A stretch of 64,000 bases of DNA, taken from Candidatus Cloacimonadota bacterium (GTDB taxonomy: Bacteria; Cloacimonadota; Cloacimonadia; G963667145). Location: NCBI GenBank assembly GCA_963667255.1, contig OY762940.1, positions 832,001-896,000 of the forward strand. Reading direction: 5' to 3'. Below the pieces are notes generated by a model. The model made no database searches, was not told where the DNA came from, and saw only the letters and a list, made by a program, of their open reading frames with translations. Position 1 is the stretch's first letter. Every line of letters begins with the position of its first letter. This document shows positions 21,405 through 33,251 of the stretch, piece by piece. Made by a program: the position numbers and the translations under genes.

Positions 21405-23768
21405 TTGAGTATTAAAGTAAAAGATTTGGCCAAGGAAATGAAAATTGCCTCAGGTGCGTTGAAATCTTATTTGAAGATTGTCGGTGTTGAGGTGAAAAAT
21501 CATTTGAGTGTGGTTAGCGAGGAAGATGCTCAGAAAGTTAAGCAATTCGTGAAAAAGCATATGAGTAAGGTGCAAGATACTCATCGTAAGACTAAAAAAA
21601 TTCATCAGCAAGATGAGAGTAGTCAGCGTTCTTCTTCTTCTTCTTCTACAGAGCACAAAAAGAGAAATTCTAACGAAAATCGTGGTAAACCTTTTGGGCA
21701 ATGGAGTTCTTCAGGAGAGTTGGACAGGAGCAAATCTTCCGGTGGATATAGTGCGAAGCCCGATAATGAGAAGAAAAATACTGCAAGTGCTAGTGGCAAT
21801 GTGAGTGTTGATAACGATGTTTACAAGAGCAAATCCCAAAAGAAGAGAGTTTTCAAAGATAATAAAACTAATACAGGTGGTAACACCAGTTTTAATAAGG
21901 CGAAAAAGAAGAAAAAAGATGAAGAAGTAGTTAAAAATATTAAACAGATTTTGGTTGGTCCTGGCAAGAAAAAGAAATATAAAAAAGAGTCCAAGATTGT
22001 TGATGGTGATAACTTAAAGATTGTTGTCAGTGAATTTACTTCCGTTGGCGAACTCTCTAAACTGATGGATGTCGACCCGTCGGAAATTGTTTCTCATTTG
22101 TTCAAGCAAGGTCAGATGGTGACGATTAATCAGAGGTTGGACAAGGACACTTTGGAATTTATCTGTTCGGAATTTAACTTTGAGGTTGAATTTGAAGAAG
22201 AGTTCGGTGCTCAGTTTTTGGAGGATGAGACAGCTGTAGAATCTGCTGATGTTCCTCTTATTTCTAGACCTCCGATTGTTACAGTGATGGGTCATGTTGA
22301 CCATGGGAAAACCTCCATTTTGGATTACATCAGGAATACCAAAGTTACCGCTGGTGAGTCGGGAGGCATCACTCAACATATTGGAGCGTATCAGGTAAAG
22401 TCGAAGAAGGGGCTGATTACTTTTTTGGATACTCCGGGGCATGAGGCTTTCACGGCGATGCGTGCCAGAGGAGCGAATGTTACCGATGTAGCGATTATTG
22501 TTGTTGCTGCCAACGATGGGGTGAAACCGCAAACTATTGAGGCTATCGACCACGCTAGAGCTGCCGGAGTGGACATTGTTGTCGCTGTGAACAAGATTGA
22601 TTTGCCCGAAGCGAATTTGGACAAGACTATCAATGATTTGGCAACACAAAATATATTTTTGGAAGGCTATGGTGGCGATGTTGTTTGGGTAGCTTGCTCA
22701 GCAAAATCTGGTAAAGGAATTGATGACCTTTTGGATTCCGTGGTTTTGGTTGCTCAGATGAAGGAACTGAAAGCGAAAGTGGATTGCAACGCTAAAGGTG
22801 TAGTGATTGAGGCTCAAAAAGATCAACAAGTTGGGACTAAAACGACTGTTTTGATACAAGAAGGGACGCTGAATAAGGGCGACATTATTGTTTGTGGTTC
22901 TACTTTCGGCAGGATTAGGAAGATGGAAAATGAGAGTGGGGAAGAGTTGAAAACCCTTCAACCTTCTGGAGTAGCTGTTATTTATGGACTGAAAGAGGTA
23001 AGTAAAGCAGGCGATGTTCTCAACAAAATGGAGAGCGAGAAACTGGCTTATCAAATCGCTCAGGAAAGGTTCAATGTTCGTAAAAAGCAAAAGAGTTTTA
23101 TGACTCACACCAATACGGACAACCTGTTCAAGCGGATTAATCAGGAAAATTCGAATAAGATTAATATTTTGCTCAAGGCTGACAGTGACGGCTCTATTGA
23201 GGCTCTGAAAGACTCTTTCCAAAAATTGTCCAATGATGAAGTGGGAGTAAAGATTATTCACGCTGCTGTCGGTGGTGTTTTGGAGTCGGATGTCTCGTTG
23301 GCTGCTGCTTCCGATGCTACGATTGTGGGATTTCATGTTCGTGCTGGAAATGATGCCAAAGCTATGGCTGACAACGACAATGTGCATATCAGGCTTTATT
23401 CTATCATCTACGATGCGATTGACGATTTGAAAGATGCTATGTCAGGGATGTTGTCGCCGGAGATTGTCGAAATTGCCGGAGGAATGGCAAGGCTGAAGAA
23501 GGTTTTCAAAATCAAGGGAGTTGGCTCTATTGCTGGCTGTATAGTGGAAAAGGGCGTGATTAGGTCGGACGCTTTGGTCAGATTGTATCGTGATAATATT
23601 CAGATTTATGAGGGGCAATTGTCCAGTCTGAAGCACTATAAGGACGAGGTCAAGGAAGTGAAGTCGGGGACAGATTGCGGACTCAGCATTGAGGGATTTA
23701 ACGACATCAAAGAGGGCGATGTTATTGAGACATTCTCCAAGGAAGAAAAAGCTCGTCGGATAGATTAG
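21405..23768 (+). CDS. infB: Translation initiation factor IF-2
   Basis: [30 protein letters not shown]. Start placed at the TTG after GGAGG; the ORF is open from 21372. Confidence 0.97.
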   Translation: MSIKVKDLAKEMKIASGALKSYLKIVGVEVKNHLSVVSEEDAQKVKQFVKKHMSKVQDTHRKTKKIHQQDESSQRSSSSSSTEHKKRNSNENRGKPFGQWSSSGELDRSKSSGGYSAKPDNEKKNTASASGNVSVDNDVYKSKSQKKRVFKDNKTNTGGNTSFNKAKKKKKDEEVVKNIKQILVGPGKKKKYKKESKIVDGDNLKIVVSEFTSVGELSKLMDVDPSEIVSHLFKQGQMVTINQRLDKDTLEFICSEFNFEVEFEEEFGAQFLEDETAVESADVPLISRPPIVTVMGHVDHGKTSILDYIRNTKVTAGESGGITQHIGAYQVKSKKGLITFLDTPGHEAFTAMRARGANVTDVAIIVVAANDGVKPQTIEAIDHARAAGVDIVVAVNKIDLPEANLDKTINDLATQNIFLEGYGGDVVWVACSAKSGKGIDDLLDSVVLVAQMKELKAKVDCNAKGVVIEAQKDQQVGTKTTVLIQEGTLNKGDIIVCGSTFGRIRKMENESGEELKTLQPSGVAVIYGLKEVSKAGDVLNKMESEKLAYQIAQERFNVRKKQKSFMTHTNTDNLFKRINQENSNKINILLKADSDGSIEALKDSFQKLSNDEVGVKIIHAAVGGVLESDVSLAAASDATIVGFHVRAGNDAKAMADNDNVHIRLYSIIYDAIDDLKDAMSGMLSPEIVEIAGGMARLKKVFKIKGVGSIAGCIVEKGVIRSDALVRLYRDNIQIYEGQLSSLKHYKDEVKEVKSGTDCGLSIEGFNDIKEGDVIETFSKEEKARRID

Positions 23769-23990
23769 GGTTTATATTTAAGAACTAATTTATAAAATTT
23801 ATTTTGTCAAAATAGGTTATTATTAGAAAAGTTAAAACCTATTATAAACTTGTCTTGAAGCTATTTTTTATTGGATTACCGAATTTTATTTGACTAAATA
23901 TAGGTTTTCGTTACTTGTTGCTGAAGAGGGGAATTATAATAAATGAAAATTGACTTAAAGATAAAATTAGCCGTTATTTTTAAAATATTG

Positions 23991-25101
23991 GGGAGCGTGC
24001 ATTTAATTGGGTCTAATTTCCACTCCTTTTGAATAATTATTGAACCAAATTTTCAAAAAATGATTCATATTTTTTTCAGATTTAAATCCGTCTAAATTTT
24101 TTAATTTCCTATTCAATTGTCGATTAATATTTTCAATTTTATTTGTTGTTTTATCCAAAAAATCGTAATGAAAATGAGCAGTTAATAAACCAAAGTTTCG
24201 ATTAATTGATTTAATAAAACGCTTATGAATTTTTAGGCGAAAAAATTTTTCATAGTGATTAAGCGAACTTAAATTATTTTCAGCTTCTTGTAAAGTTTCA
24301 GCATTTAAAATGCTCTTAATCAAGTTCTTAAAGAAAATATTTCGTCTAAAAAACTTACTCTTTTTTGTTTTAGGAACATTGATATTAACGCTTCTTAAAT
24401 AATGAACCAAGCAAATTTGATGTGGAACATCTTCAAAAAGTTGGTTAACTGGCTTAACAAAGCACTTCCCTCGCCCAAAATCTGACACAATCCCAATTAT
24501 TTTGTTGTCATACATTTTTTTTAGTCTATTCAAAAAGTCTTCAGATGAACTACTATGTTCTCTATCATAAATCTTGTAATATATTGGTTTATCAAGTAGT
24601 TTGCTACTGGCGACTAAGACAACTTTTCGCTTACCGTTTATCTTAATTTCCTTGCCATCAATATAAATTGTTGTCTCATCTATATTGCTGTGTAACACAT
24701 TATCCTGATATAAATTAGCTCGCTGAGGTATCCAATTAAGAATACTATTTTTACAAATCCCATGTCTTTTAGCAACTTCAGAAAGAGAACTTTTGGTTGA
24801 AATATAGTCAGTAACAACCTTATCTTTGAATTTTGGTGCAAAATGAGTTCTCTTATTATATCCAAAATTGGTAAAACTTATTTGGCAATCTTTACAATAA
24901 AATCGTTGAGTTTTGACTTTAATTTTCCCACGATTAGTTGTTCTTTCAGAGAAAATATATCCCTTCTTTTTTGTGTTTAAGCTATCACAATTTGGACAGC
25001 GTTTTTTTTGATTATACTCATGGCATTTTAATAAATGTTCATAACTTATTCTGTCAAACATAATTAGGTCTTATTTCAGACCCAGTTATTTGCACACTCC
25101 C
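23991..25101 (-). mobile_element. IS256-like insertion sequence, copy 1 (1111 bp)
   Basis: 24-bp imperfect IRs (GGGAGTGTGCAAATAACTGGGTCT / GGGAGCGTGCATTTAATTGGGTCT); 8-bp target duplication AAATATTG at 23983-23990 and 25102-25109. Confidence 0.95.
24003..25061 (-). CDS. DDE transposase (IS256/mutator-like core, N-terminal Zn ribbon and HTH)
   Basis: CPNC..QRFYCKDC, YIDG, VSDFG, HQICLVH, TTNKIENINR. Confidence 0.9.
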   Translation of the reverse strand: MFDRISYEHLLKCHEYNQKKRCPNCDSLNTKKKGYIFSERTTNRGKIKVKTQRFYCKDCQISFTNFGYNKRTHFAPKFKDKVVTDYISTKSSLSEVAKRHGICKNSILNWIPQRANLYQDNVLHSNIDETTIYIDGKEIKINGKRKVVLVASSKLLDKPIYYKIYDREHSSSSEDFLNRLKKMYDNKIIGIVSDFGRGKCFVKPVNQLFEDVPHQICLVHYLRSVNINVPKTKKSKFFRRNIFFKNLIKSILNAETLQEAENNLSSLNHYEKFFRLKIHKRFIKSINRNFGLLTAHFHYDFLDKTTNKIENINRQLNRKLKNLDGFKSEKNMNHFLKIWFNNYSKGVEIRPN

Positions 25102-27051
25102 AAATATTGCTTTTACTACTTTTTACTTCAGAGTATAATAGTTCACTATTTTATCCTTTTGTTTCTGCATTTCTAAAAAATTGTACAAATCCTTGGCAGT
25201 ATTATTTAGATAACAATTTATTATTAGATGCCTTCCCTTATCATTCTTTAATGCTGTATATTTTATACCCTTTTGCAAAATTATCAAATTACTTCGGATT
25301 GAATTTGTTTTTCAAATTGCCTTTGTTACTTGCAGATGTATCTATTTTTTATATTTTGAAAAAATTGTTTCCACTTAAAGAAAAGAAAATTTTTATTTTC
25401 TACTTTATTAATCCAATAGTTTTATATGCTATTTATATTTATTCCCAGTTAGACATAATCCCCATGGCTTTGTTTATGTTTGGGGTTCTTTATTTAATTA
25501 ATAAAAAATATATTGTTTCTTCAATTTTTGTAGGATTAGCACTTTCAACAAAATTTCATATAATTGTGGCAGTTCCGTTAATTTTATTTTACCTATATAA
25601 GCGTGAGAACATTAAAGTTAGCATAAAGTATCTTTTCATAAGTATCTTTCTTTTTCTTTTTTTAGATTTCCCTTTTTTGCTTAGTGATGGTTTTTATCAA
25701 ATGGTGATTTTGTCTCCCAAACAATCTCTTTTGTTTGATTCTTTTTATAAGATTGGGGAATTAAAATTATTTTTACCAGTAGCTGCGATTTTATCTGTTT
25801 ACTTGCATTTTTTTAATCAAAAAAAAGTTAATCAAGATTTTCTCTATTTTTATTTTGGATTACTTTTTGTTACTACTATATTTTTTGTATTTCCTGCTCC
25901 TGCTTGGTATGTTTGGAGCATACCTTTTATTTCTATATTTTTTATAGTTAACAAAGATGTGAAAAAATCGACTCTATTATATATTATTTTTTCATTTTCG
26001 TATTTAATTTTCTTCGTTTTCTTTTATGATAGTGAATATAAAGATATTATTTTTTGTGGAAAGGAAATAAATTTTAAAATTTTAAATGAAAGATTGGTTA
26101 ATTTGTCATTTACCGTCTTAGAAATGGTTTTGATATCCATAACATATGTTTTTTATAAATTTGGAATAAAAAGTAATTCACTTTATGGTAATTTTTCTAA
26201 TTTTACGATTGGCATTGGAGGAGACAGTGGTGCTGGCAAAACAAATCTTTTAAATAATCTTAAATCTATTTTAGGTAACAGGCTGTTAAAGTTAGAAGGA
26301 GATGGAGAACATAAATGGGATAGAGATGATAAAAATTGGGATAATTTTACTCATTTGAACCCCAAAGCAAATTATATTTATCGTCAGGCCGATATCATAA
26401 ATACTTTAAAAAACAATAAAGCAGTTAACAGAAGTAAATATGATCACACAAGTGGAGAGTTCACTTCTCCTCAAAAAGTATCTCCAAAAGATTTTATTGC
26501 AATTGCCGGATTACATCCATTTTATTTACCTAAGATCAGAAAAAATATTGATTTGAAGATATTTATTGAAACAGATGAAAAATTAAGAAGGCATTGGAAA
26601 ATATTAAGAGATATGCAAACAAGAGGTTATAATTTTGAGAAAATAGTTGAACAAATTGAGAACAGAATGGGAGATGCTAAAAAATATATTTATCCTCAAA
26701 AAGAGTTTGCTGATATTATCGTTAAATTTTTCCCAATCAATGAATTTCAACTTGGAGATATTGATGAAGAAATTTTTCTTGGTTTAAAAATTATTTTTGA
26801 TGCTAATATTCATATAGAAGATATTTTAAGTAAGTTGGATTGTAAATTTGATTGGGATTATAATGAAAATCTTAAATCTCAATATATTTTGTTAAAATCA
26901 ATCCCTTCTGTTAATTTTGAAATTATTGCTAGAGAAACTATTGAAAATATTGAAGAGTTAATTTCAAACAAAATAGAGTTTGCTTCTGGATATTATGGAT
27001 TTTTACAGTTAATTTTATTAAAAATGATAAGCGAAAAGTTAAAGGAAGAAA

Positions 27052-27735
27052 GTGCTAAAATATAAAGGTTTGCTTTTAGATATAGACAATACTCTTTATA
27101 ATTATAATTTTTCTCATGAAAAAGCTATTAAATCTGTTTTTGAGTTTTGTTTTAAGACTTTCAATCTTGATAAGTTTCAACTAAAAACTGCTTATATATT
27201 TGCTCGGGGGAAAGTGCGAATTGAATTGGCTTCTACAGCTTCATCTCATAATAGATTATTATACTTCCAAAAAATGTTGGAGATTTTAAATCTGAACCCT
27301 CTAAAATATAGTTTAGAATTATATAATATTTATTGGGATAATTTTTTAGAAAACATTTTTCTTTTTGATGGAGTAAAAGAATTGTTTTCTAAATACAACC
27401 AAAAGATTTGTTTAGTAACAGATCTTACGGCTCATATTCAGCATAGTAAAGTTCAAAAGTTTTCTTTAGATAATTATTGTGATTTAATAGTAACTAGTGA
27501 AGAAGTAGGTCATGAAAAACCACATCCTTACATTTTTATGAGAGCCTTACAAAAATTGGGATTAACTGCCAAAAATGTTTGTATGATAGGAGATAATTTT
27601 GAAAAAGATGTTATGGGTGCAAATGATTTAGGAATAGATTCTGTTTGGTGTAATCATGAAAATAAAAAGCATGATTATAAAGGCTTAAATATTACAGAAG
27701 TAAAATCATTTAAAGAGATTTTGGAATTGGTATGA
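27052..27735 (+). CDS. HAD-superfamily hydrolase (phosphatase)
   Basis: DIDNTL motif I, EKPHP, MIGDNFEKDVMGA. Confidence 0.9.
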   Translation: MLKYKGLLLDIDNTLYNYNFSHEKAIKSVFEFCFKTFNLDKFQLKTAYIFARGKVRIELASTASSHNRLLYFQKMLEILNLNPLKYSLELYNIYWDNFLENIFLFDGVKELFSKYNQKICLVTDLTAHIQHSKVQKFSLDNYCDLIVTSEEVGHEKPHPYIFMRALQKLGLTAKNVCMIGDNFEKDVMGANDLGIDSVWCNHENKKHDYKGLNITEVKSFKEILELV

Positions 27736-28802
27736 AAGAAATACGGGATTTAGTTGAAATTTCAAAATATGCCGGTGAAAGATTTGATTTGGTGCAAGCT
27801 GGTGGAGGAAACAGTTCTGTAAAATTAACCAATGATAATATGTTAATAAAAGCTTCTGGTTTTTTATTGAGTGATGTAAATGAGCATAAAGGGTTTTCTA
27901 CTGTAATTACTTCCAAAATAGCAAATATTGTTAGAAATGAAAAAATACTAAATGATAAAAATAAAAAAAATCGTGAGCTGATATCTGCCAAATTAGTTGC
28001 GGAAGCGACTATTGATAAAGTCAACAGGCCTTCGATAGAAACTTTACTTCATTCTTTATTGCTAAAATATACTCTTCATACACATCCTATTGTAGTTAAT
28101 ATGATTGCTATTCAAAAAAAGTGGGAAGAAATTTTATTAAAAATTTTTGCAAAAGAAAAAATTGCTTTAGTGGGATATAGAACTCCAGGGATAGATCTTG
28201 CTCTTACATTAGCCGAAGAATTGCAGAAATTTGAAAAACCCCCCAATATAATTTTTTTACAAAATCACGGTTTAATCGTTACTTCTAATTTTAAAGAAGA
28301 TATTAAAATTTTAACCGAGAAAGTTCTTGAGAAAATTGAAAGGTATTTGAATATTGAAATGGATAAATTTAAATTAACTAACACAATTTCTCATTTTTTT
28401 AATTTATTGAATTGCAAGTCAACTATAACATATTTATGCCAAGATGTTTTTATTGTAAGTCAAATAAAGATTAATAAAGAACTTTTCTTTAGTTCTCCTT
28501 TTTGTCCAGATAGTTTGGTATATTGTGGAATGGTAGTGTGCGAATTAAGTGAAAATAAAGAAATAGAAGATTTAAAAATCTATAAAGCAAAATATTTGTC
28601 TGACCCTAAAATAATTTTATACAAAAACAATCTTTTTTTTGTTGCTCCCACCATAAAAAAAGCGAGAGAAATTGAAGAAGTTTTTAAATATAGCCTTATG
28701 ATTTTAGAAAAAAATAAAAAAAGTGATAAAAATTTTTTAAAAGTCGAAGAGTTGGTTTACCTAAGTAATTGGGGAGCTGAAAAATTTAGGCAAAAAACAT
28801 AA
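27732..28802 (+). CDS. Class II aldolase/adducin-fold protein (RhaD/AraD/MtnB-like)
   Basis: GGGNSSVK, IKASG, RPSIETLLH, HTH, LQNHGL, PFCPD. Confidence 0.88.
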   Translation: MKEIRDLVEISKYAGERFDLVQAGGGNSSVKLTNDNMLIKASGFLLSDVNEHKGFSTVITSKIANIVRNEKILNDKNKKNRELISAKLVAEATIDKVNRPSIETLLHSLLLKYTLHTHPIVVNMIAIQKKWEEILLKIFAKEKIALVGYRTPGIDLALTLAEELQKFEKPPNIIFLQNHGLIVTSNFKEDIKILTEKVLEKIERYLNIEMDKFKLTNTISHFFNLLNCKSTITYLCQDVFIVSQIKINKELFFSSPFCPDSLVYCGMVVCELSENKEIEDLKIYKAKYLSDPKIILYKNNLFFVAPTIKKAREIEEVFKYSLMILEKNKKSDKNFLKVEELVYLSNWGAEKFRQKT

Positions 28803-30286
28803 AGGAAATAAATGTTCAATAATGATTTAAAAAATATTCTAAAACACGACAATGTTAATATTTATCTGTTCCCTTTATTAATATTTGTTTTTTTGTGGAC
28901 CTATGGCAATATAGGTGTTTTAACAAGAACAAGCTTAATTTTACAAATAGTAATAACAAGTTATTTGATTGCTATATTATTATTTCTATTTTTTGTTAAT
29001 GAAAAGTACTTATCTAAAAATAGTGGTATAGATATTATAGTAATAAGTAAAAGTGATATTAAAATAATTTTACTAATTTTGTTTGTATCGCTAGTACTAG
29101 GTTTTAATTATATGCTTTATTCACTTAATGGTGATGAACTAGCACATTCTGTATCTTCGCAATTTTATGCAATATATGGATTACAATTTATATTTAATAA
29201 GTTGCCAAATTTTATTACTGCTCAACAATCTTGGATACTTGTTTGGATTATATCAAATTCTGTGCTTTTAAGTTCAAGTGCACTAATTTATTATATAAAA
29301 AAGCTGAACTTTAAATATAAATATATTGTTCTTTCAATTTTTATATTATTGTTTTTTAGAATTGGATATATATTAAGAGGAGGATATGATCCTTATCATC
29401 CTCCATTTCGGTTGTTCCCTCTTTGGTTGTCAAGTACAATATTTTCAACATCTATTTTTTCTTTCCGACTGCCGGGAGTTATAGCACTAAGCTTAATAGG
29501 TCTTATAATTTATAAAGTCCTAAAAGTAAAAACAAGTAACTATTATTTTTTATCGTTAAGTGTTTTTACATTACTTTCAATTCCTTTACTTTGGCACACA
29601 GCATATATAGTTGAACCATCAATTTGGGCTACTTTATTTTCTATTTTATTTTTATTAGCTTTTCAAGCAGATAAATTGAATAAACTGAGTTTTTTTACAT
29701 GGTTTTTATTGTTAGCTGTATTTATCCTGATGAGACAATCTTTGTTTTTCATTATTCTTCCAATGCTGTTTTTGTTTGCTATGGAAAGGAGAATGTTATT
29801 ACTTAAGAACTGGAAAGAGACTGTTTATGAATTATCTCCATTGTTAATAGTTTTACCATTCTTTATTAGAGGCTTAATACTTGGAACTCCTGCTCAAGCA
29901 AATGTTAGCACAGAACTTCAATGGACCTTATTTGAAAAATTATCCAATGTTGTTTCATCGGGGATGCTAAAAGACATTATTGTAAATAATTTTGAGATTT
30001 GGTCTCTTTTTATACTGTTTGCATTTATACCAACTAAAAATAATCGTGTAAAATATTTTATTACAATTTTATTATATATATTAAGTGCTTTTACCGTGTT
30101 TTACTCGATTAGACCCATTTTATGGGGAATACCAAGATATCAAGCAGAGTACATTATCCCGTTAATAGTTTTAGGTGCAGTAAGACTTTTAGCAATAATA
30201 TTTGGAAGTAACAACAAAACAAGCAAATATATAATAGCTGGAGGCTTACCTCGTCCTGAAAAAAGTGGACTCTATTAGGAGGAAAC

Positions 30287-30673
30287 TTGGACAAAAGAGA
30301 GAAAACTTTTAGATATTCAAAAGCTTTCAGAAATGAGGTTCTAAAGAATGTCAAAAACAAAAAATTGACGGTTTTGGAAGCGGGTAAATATTATGGAGTG
30401 GGATTTCCAACTATTTATCGATGGTTGAAAAAAGCTAATTATGACACGCCCTGTAAGGAGGTAATTTTTGTGAAACTATCAGATCAGCACTCTGCTTTGC
30501 AAGAGATTGAGGAGTTAAAAAAAGAGAATCGTGCTTTAAAAGAGGCTGTGAGCAAGTTAACGCTCGATAAATTGTGCCTTGAAAAGTGTGTAGAAATTGG
30601 TGAGCGGGACTTTGGTATGGAATTAAAAAAAAAGCCCGAAGTACAGGAATTGAGGAAATCAGGCAGAAAATAG
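30287..30673 (+). CDS. IS3-family transposase OrfA
   Basis: Protein identical to 12362-12748. Confidence 0.92.
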   Translation: MDKREKTFRYSKAFRNEVLKNVKNKKLTVLEAGKYYGVGFPTIYRWLKKANYDTPCKEVIFVKLSDQHSALQEIEELKKENRALKEAVSKLTLDKLCLEKCVEIGERDFGMELKKKPEVQELRKSGRK

Positions 30674-31518
30674 TGGAGAAAAAGTTCCCTTTTAAAATGA
30701 ATTCTGTTTGTAAATGGTTTGGGATTAGCAAGTCCGGTTTTTATAAAAAGAAGAAGCACATCGAAAAAACAAAGAAAATTGAAGATGAGATTTGCTTGCA
30801 TATAAATGCGTTACGCAAATTTGGACTTATGTGTGGAGCAAGAAAAACCAAGATTCATTTAAAGGAAGATTTTGACATTATTGTGGGCAGAGATAAATTG
30901 TTTGATATTATGAGAGAAAACGATTTGCAAAGTAAATTTATTAGGAAAAAAGTTCAACATTCCAGTGGAGTTAAGCAAATCTTTGAGAATATGTTAACCG
31001 ATGAATTTAAGAAATCTGTTACAAAATTTGGGCAAGTAATTGTGACAGATATTACCTATATCAAATTGCCCAATAATAAGTTCTGTTACATTAGTTTAGT
31101 TACGGATTTGGCTACCAGAAAAATTTTGGGGTATAATGTGGCTCAAACTCTTTTGGCTGAAGAGTCGGTTAAGGTTATGCGGAAGACATTGAAAAAATAT
31201 AAGTTGCCTAAAGATTGCATACATCATAGTGATAAAGGAGTGCAATATACGAGCAAATTATACACTGATTTTTTGAAGAAAAATAATTTTAGAATGAGCA
31301 TGACAGGTGCGGGCAAATGTTATGATAATGCTTGTGCAGAGCGAGTTTTTAATACTTTGAAGAACGAATTTGGTTTTAATGCTGTTTTTTCAAGTTTGAA
31401 GGAAGTGCGAAGAGAGTTGAAGAATTTTGTTGATATTTATAACAATAGACGATATCATATGAGTTTGGACTATAGAACACCGCAAAGTGTGTTTTTGGAG
31501 ATGCAGAAAGCTGCATAA
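30673..31518 (+). CDS. IS3-family transposase OrfB
   Basis: DDE motifs; 5 amino-acid differences from copy 1. Confidence 0.95.
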   Translation: MEKKFPFKMNSVCKWFGISKSGFYKKKKHIEKTKKIEDEICLHINALRKFGLMCGARKTKIHLKEDFDIIVGRDKLFDIMRENDLQSKFIRKKVQHSSGVKQIFENMLTDEFKKSVTKFGQVIVTDITYIKLPNNKFCYISLVTDLATRKILGYNVAQTLLAEESVKVMRKTLKKYKLPKDCIHHSDKGVQYTSKLYTDFLKKNNFRMSMTGAGKCYDNACAERVFNTLKNEFGFNAVFSSLKEVRRELKNFVDIYNNRRYHMSLDYRTPQSVFLEMQKAA

Positions 31519-32140
31519 TTAATAAAAAACTGAGTCCACTATTTTAGGACTGGACAGCTTGCTTTGTTTGCTATTTTATAATTTATATACTATTTCTATT
31601 TCACATTCTCATAAAAAAACTATAGTAAATAATCATTTAGTAATAACTTCACACCATGTTTATAATTATGAAATTGCTTTTAAAACAGCAAAAGAATATG
31701 GTTATGCAGGAAGTACTGTAACTTTAGGGGTAACATATGGAATCTTGAATGAAGTTTTGTATGGATATAGTTTAATTGAGACAAAAAAACAATTAGAGAT
31801 CCAAAAAAAATTCAATGACTTTGAAGATAATAATATAGATTCTTTAGTTAAAAATGAAAATATTAAACTTGTGCTGCTTTCAGATTTTAGCAATAAAAAA
31901 GAGTATATCTGCACCAAATTAATTAAAAATGGTTTTAAAGAATGGAAAAAATTCTCAAACGAAAAGACAGCGGACGAAATTATAGCATTAGTTAGAAGTG
32001 CCACAAAAGAGATCAAATAATATGCACATAATTATACCCATGTCTGGAATTGGGAAAAGATTTGTCGATGCTGGGTATAAGGAACCCAAACCTTTAATTA
32101 AAGTTGATGGGAAACTTATTATTGAGCATGTATGCAATTT

Positions 32141-33251
32141 GGGAGTGTGCAAATAACTGGGTCTGAAATAAGACCTAATTATGTTTGACAGAATAAGTTA
32201 TGAACATTTATTAAAATGCCATGAGTATAATCAAAAAAAACGCTGTCCAAATTGTGATAGCTTAAACACAAAAAAGAAGGGATATATTTTCTCTGAAAGA
32301 ACAACTAATCGTGGGAAAATTAAAGTCAAAACTCAACGATTTTATTGTAAAGATTGCCAAATAAGTTTTACCAATTTTGGATATAATAAGAGAACTCATT
32401 TTGCACCAAAATTCAAAGATAAGGTTGTTACTGACTATATTTCAACCAAAAGTTCTCTTTCTGAAGTTGCTAAAAGACATGGGATTTGTAAAAATAGTAT
32501 TCTTAATTGGATACCTCAGCGAGCTAATTTATATCAGGATAATGTGTTACACAGCAATATAGATGAGACAACAATTTATATTGATGGCAAGGAAATTAAG
32601 ATAAACGGTAAGCGAAAAGTTGTCTTAGTCGCCAGTAGCAAACTACTTGATAAACCAATATATTACAAGATTTATGATAGAGAACATAGTAGTTCATCTG
32701 AAGACTTTTTGAATAGACTAAAAAAAATGTATGACAACAAAATAATTGGGATTGTGTCAGATTTTGGGCGAGGGAAGTGCTTTGTTAAGCCAGTTAACCA
32801 ACTTTTTGAAGATGTTCCACATCAAATTTGCTTGGTTCATTATTTAAGAAGCGTTAATATCAATGTTCCTAAAACAAAAAAGAGTAAGTTTTTTAGACGA
32901 AATATTTTCTTTAAGAACTTGATTAAGAGCATTTTAAATGCTGAAACTTTACAAGAAGCTGAAAATAATTTAAGTTCGCTTAATCACTATGAAAAATTTT
33001 TTCGCCTAAAAATTCATAAGCGTTTTATTAAATCAATTAATCGAAACTTTGGTTTATTAACTGCTCATTTTCATTACGATTTTTTGGATAAAACAACAAA
33101 TAAAATTGAAAATATTAATCGACAATTGAATAGGAAATTAAAAAATTTAGACGGATTTAAATCTGAAAAAAATATGAATCATTTTTTGAAAATTTGGTTC
33201 AATAATTATTCAAAAGGAGTGGAAATTAGACCCAATTAAATGCACGCTCCC
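32141..33251 (+). mobile_element. IS256-like insertion sequence, copy 2 (1111 bp)
   Basis: Inverted copy of 23991-25101; 8-bp target duplication TGCAATTT at 32133-32140 and 33252-33259. Confidence 0.95.
32181..33239 (+). CDS. DDE transposase (IS256-like)
   Basis: Protein identical to 24003-25061. Confidence 0.9.
   Translation: MFDRISYEHLLKCHEYNQKKRCPNCDSLNTKKKGYIFSERTTNRGKIKVKTQRFYCKDCQISFTNFGYNKRTHFAPKFKDKVVTDYISTKSSLSEVAKRHGICKNSILNWIPQRANLYQDNVLHSNIDETTIYIDGKEIKINGKRKVVLVASSKLLDKPIYYKIYDREHSSSSEDFLNRLKKMYDNKIIGIVSDFGRGKCFVKPVNQLFEDVPHQICLVHYLRSVNINVPKTKKSKFFRRNIFFKNLIKSILNAETLQEAENNLSSLNHYEKFFRLKIHKRFIKSINRNFGLLTAHFHYDFLDKTTNKIENINRQLNRKLKNLDGFKSEKNMNHFLKIWFNNYSKGVEIRPN

Larger units (their letters stand above)
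23943..27065 (+). pseudogene. GT-C-like polytopic membrane protein fused to a phosphoribulokinase/uridine-kinase-family domain; IS-interrupted after codon 16
   Basis: Joining 23943-23990 (MKIDLKIKLAVIFKIL) to 25110-27065 restores one 667-aa frame. The C-terminal domain has GGDSGAGKT, HLNPKAN, YDHTSGEF, GLHPF, WKILRD..RG and YIYPQKEFAD. Confidence 0.8.
30247..31556 (+). mobile_element. IS3-family insertion sequence, copy 2 (1310 bp)
   Basis: Near-identical to 12322-13631; 3-bp target duplication GCT at 30244-30246 and 31557-31559. Confidence 0.96.
28812..32020 (+). pseudogene. Polytopic membrane protein (putative GT-C/GtrC-type transferase), IS3-interrupted
   Basis: Joining 28812-30246 to 31560-32020 restores one 631-aa frame (..IAGGLLCLLFY..). 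A GDE motif in an early loop, HPP and FRLP resemble GT-C enzymes. Confidence 0.7.

Noticed and set aside
20081..21433. 450-aa minus-strand ORF
   Set aside because: Antisense shadow of nusA-ylxR with no recognisable motifs.
21630..21647. (TCT)6 microsatellite in infB
   Set aside because: In-frame serine run in the low-complexity IF-2 N-terminus; cannot phase-vary the frame.
26200..27065. PRK-like domain as evidence for a Calvin cycle
   Set aside because: No RuBisCO or other cbb genes in the window; the domain is fused to a membrane protein in a glycosylation operon.
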